A stretch of 64,000 bases of DNA from Utricularia gibba (taxonomy: Eukaryota > Plantae > Magnoliophyta), in NCBI GenBank assembly GCA_002189035.1, contig NEEC01000012.1:248001-312000 (forward strand). The letters run 5' to 3'. Numbering within the stretch: the first letter of the stretch is position 1; every line of letters starts with the position of its first letter. Under the pieces are notes generated by a model that saw only the letters and a list, made by a program, of their open reading frames with translations, had not been told where the DNA came from and made no database searches. Position numbers and translations under genes: made by a program. This document shows, piece after piece, positions 61,681 to 64,000 of this stretch.

Positions 61681-62769
61681 AATTTTATATCTATTGTATT
61701 ATGTATTGTCTTAATAATATTTTTTTCTATTTTAAATAAATATTATTTTTATATTTGATTAATTATATAAATTAGTGTAAAATTAATAAATATAAATATT
61801 ATATACAACATTGTTCGGATAGGAATGTGGGTGACGACGTAAGAATGATGTGTATTATTTAATATTATTATTATATTAAATAATTATAAAATAAATAAAA
61901 TAAATATGAGGTAGAATCCATATTGTCCGGACACCAATGTAGATGGTCTGATAATCAACTACTGATCCGTGCCTTTTGATGAATGACTCCACTTTAGTGC
62001 GACCTTCGAGACGAGATAGTAATCTACTATCTCTAGATTTTCATCCTCCATCTTTCTCCAATTTTCGGCATTCTTCCTATGATGGACCACCAGCCACATC
62101 TACCCAGCCTTCATATGCCCCTGCTCGAAATTTAATATCGCACCTACATTCATCTGATTTTACATCAAGCTCCAAGCCACAATCAAGCAAGCAATAGGGC
62201 AAAAGAGTTAGCTGGGGAAAAGCAATGGTAAAGAAAATTCTACCTTCTTAGAAAAAATGATGTAAGATTGTTATCAATATACCAATTTTATAAATATTGT
62301 TAACAAAATACCAATCTTTTTAAAGTTTTCGTTTTTTTCCATATTTCAAAGTTATAAAAATATCATAATTAAACCTAATATTGAATCACCCCCTTTAATA
62401 GAATTTATAAATTGAAAAATATAGATTTATAAACAAAAAATTGTTAACATAATATAAATAAAACTCAATACCGAAAAAACTTAACAAATTTAAATCCAAT
62501 AATTATGAATGCTACATCCCACTCCGTAGAATAATAAAATTGAAAATATCTTCAAAAATAATTAAAACAAAATAATGAATGTTGCACCCTACTACATATA
62601 GTTTGTAATAAAAAATTATAGTTACATTTAAATTTTAATATAGTACAATGTTAAGTTTTATATATGTTATTTGATAATAAAAAAATATTTTACAAGAAAA
62701 AAGTTAATTGCAAAATATATATTTTTGCAAATGAAATAGGCCTCACACATCTATATATTTTAGTTACGT

Positions 62770-63953
62770 TGATGATAAACGAAAAATTTACACGTCGTAT
62801 ATGTAAATCTTACTATCAAATAAATTTATAACCTAATACACATTAAAACATAATATAATTATGAGCATAGTGGACTAGGGTCGAACACAAGGAGCTAGGT
62901 GCTTGCTATGTGAAGGTCAATGCAAGGAATCAGTGTCACGTTAGTAAAATTGGTCTTAGCTAGGACTAAGGCAGAACTAAAACGAAATACAGTAAAGAAA
63001 AGTAATAAGTTCTGGAGCTCGGTTAATTCTGGAATGGAATGGGTGATGACTTGGGACTCCTAGGAGATTTATGCTAATCACTAAATAAGCTCACACAAAC
63101 CACAAATCATACAACTAACTCACAAGATCTAGGTCTACCCGAATTCTTGTTTTTCCCCCTAATCTTTGATCTACCTCTAATTAGGGTTTTTAAGTTGGGT
63201 TTCACTATTTCTCCCTCCTGGATCTATCTTGGTTTGTTAAGGAAGTGGCGTGATTTATGGTTTATTAGGTCTAAAGATGGATTAACATATTTCTCCCTCT
63301 TTCATCCCAAGGCACCCCCTCCCTAAGTGCTTAGCCACTCATAACAAAGGAAAGGAAAACGTTTTCATAGCATATCCTAAGCAACATCCTAGTTACAAAT
63401 GCTAAACAACAACGAGCAGTATATAGTAGTAGTAGGAAAGACAATTTGTTCACATAGGAAATCCAAATCTAGTCTTAGCTAGGAACAGTAAGAATCAAGA
63501 ACGAAAATAAATCTCCAATGAGAAGCTGTGTTCTTCTGGTTCGTCGCTCCATTTCCTCCTCTATCCAGAAAAATTCTCCAGAAACTTGTTCGTGAGTCTC
63601 CAAGGGGAGATCTGCCTTCTCTCTCCAACCTTCCCTCCTTTTGTTCAAAATCTCTCTTTTTTCCTCCTTGGATTTTGTGTATACCACTTTTCAGACTTTT
63701 GGACTCATCTTCTACCACTACACTGTGCATATTCGGCTCCTTGGGATTTGTGTTGCGACCTGCACTGCATTACTCAAATAAAACTATTAGAAGGTTGGGA
63801 CTAAATTGCATATTTAGTCCCAACTAAGACTTAATTGGCACTACTACGGTACTTATGTGCAAAAATATAGAACTAGCCAATAAAACATAATTTTGTAGTA
63901 CAAAATGAGTAAATTCCATGCATTGAGTCACTCAAAAATATGTGTTATCATCT
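62770..63953 (-). mobile_element. Solo LTR, family B (Athila-like), about 1184 bp
   Basis: Terminal inverted GATGATAA; the middle part matches the segment inserted at 11825-12457; no clear TSD, so the ends are approximate. Confidence 0.65.
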
Positions 63954-64000
63954 GACAAGTATATTCTATATATAAAACCGATATATGTACAAAACATAAT

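Larger units (their letters stand above)
58320..61948 (+). mobile_element. PIF/Harbinger DNA transposon (3629 bp), decayed
   Basis: TIRs GGGCATCTACCTTGGAGTCTAGATAAT versus reverse complement GACCATCTACATTGGTGTCCGGACAAT; 3-bp flanks CGA and TGA; two same-strand genes. Confidence 0.85.
54520..62200 (+). pseudogene. Second, more decayed MULE transposase, interrupted by a MITE and a PIF/Harbinger element
   Basis: MuDR domain near 56400, decayed FWAFG..I.AF.HCRPI.C.D..HL motif near 56960, GIMTANHVE near 57555, SWIM-like GVWQLDRYPCSHA near 57945; C-terminal remnant after 61951 (RHSSYDG, cf. QHSSYDAG in the first MULE). Termini not found. Confidence 0.65.

Overview
Plant (eudicot-like) nuclear DNA. 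Four recognisable protein-coding genes, all on the + strand, sit among nested and decayed transposons. The genes are a SLAH1/4-type S-type anion channel (533-2091, 3 exons), a MUSTACHES-like LRR receptor-like kinase (25785-29154) broken only by two single-G losses in G-runs, a secreted glyoxal/galactose-oxidase-family copper radical oxidase (40729-42485, one intron) and a group-I bZIP (43315-44994, 4 exons). The TE content includes Ty1/copia remnants, a truncated and chimeric Athila-type Ty3/gypsy element, four copies of one LTR family, other solo LTRs, a TRIM-like tandem array, a 5'-truncated L1 LINE inside a MULE SWIM finger, three MULEs, a PIF/Harbinger element nested in a MULE, and MITEs. 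Best second-look candidates: (i) an apparently non-coding, spliced minus-strand locus at about 29.5-30.7 kb whose intron holds a canonical-geometry box C/D snoRNA with no target I recognise, plus an unexplained duplicated 20-mer; (ii) a GLOX intron bounded by a 7-bp direct repeat, a candidate recent intron gain; (iii) an LTR segment of a second family that replaces part of the Athila gag. All alignments were made by eye and no database search was run.
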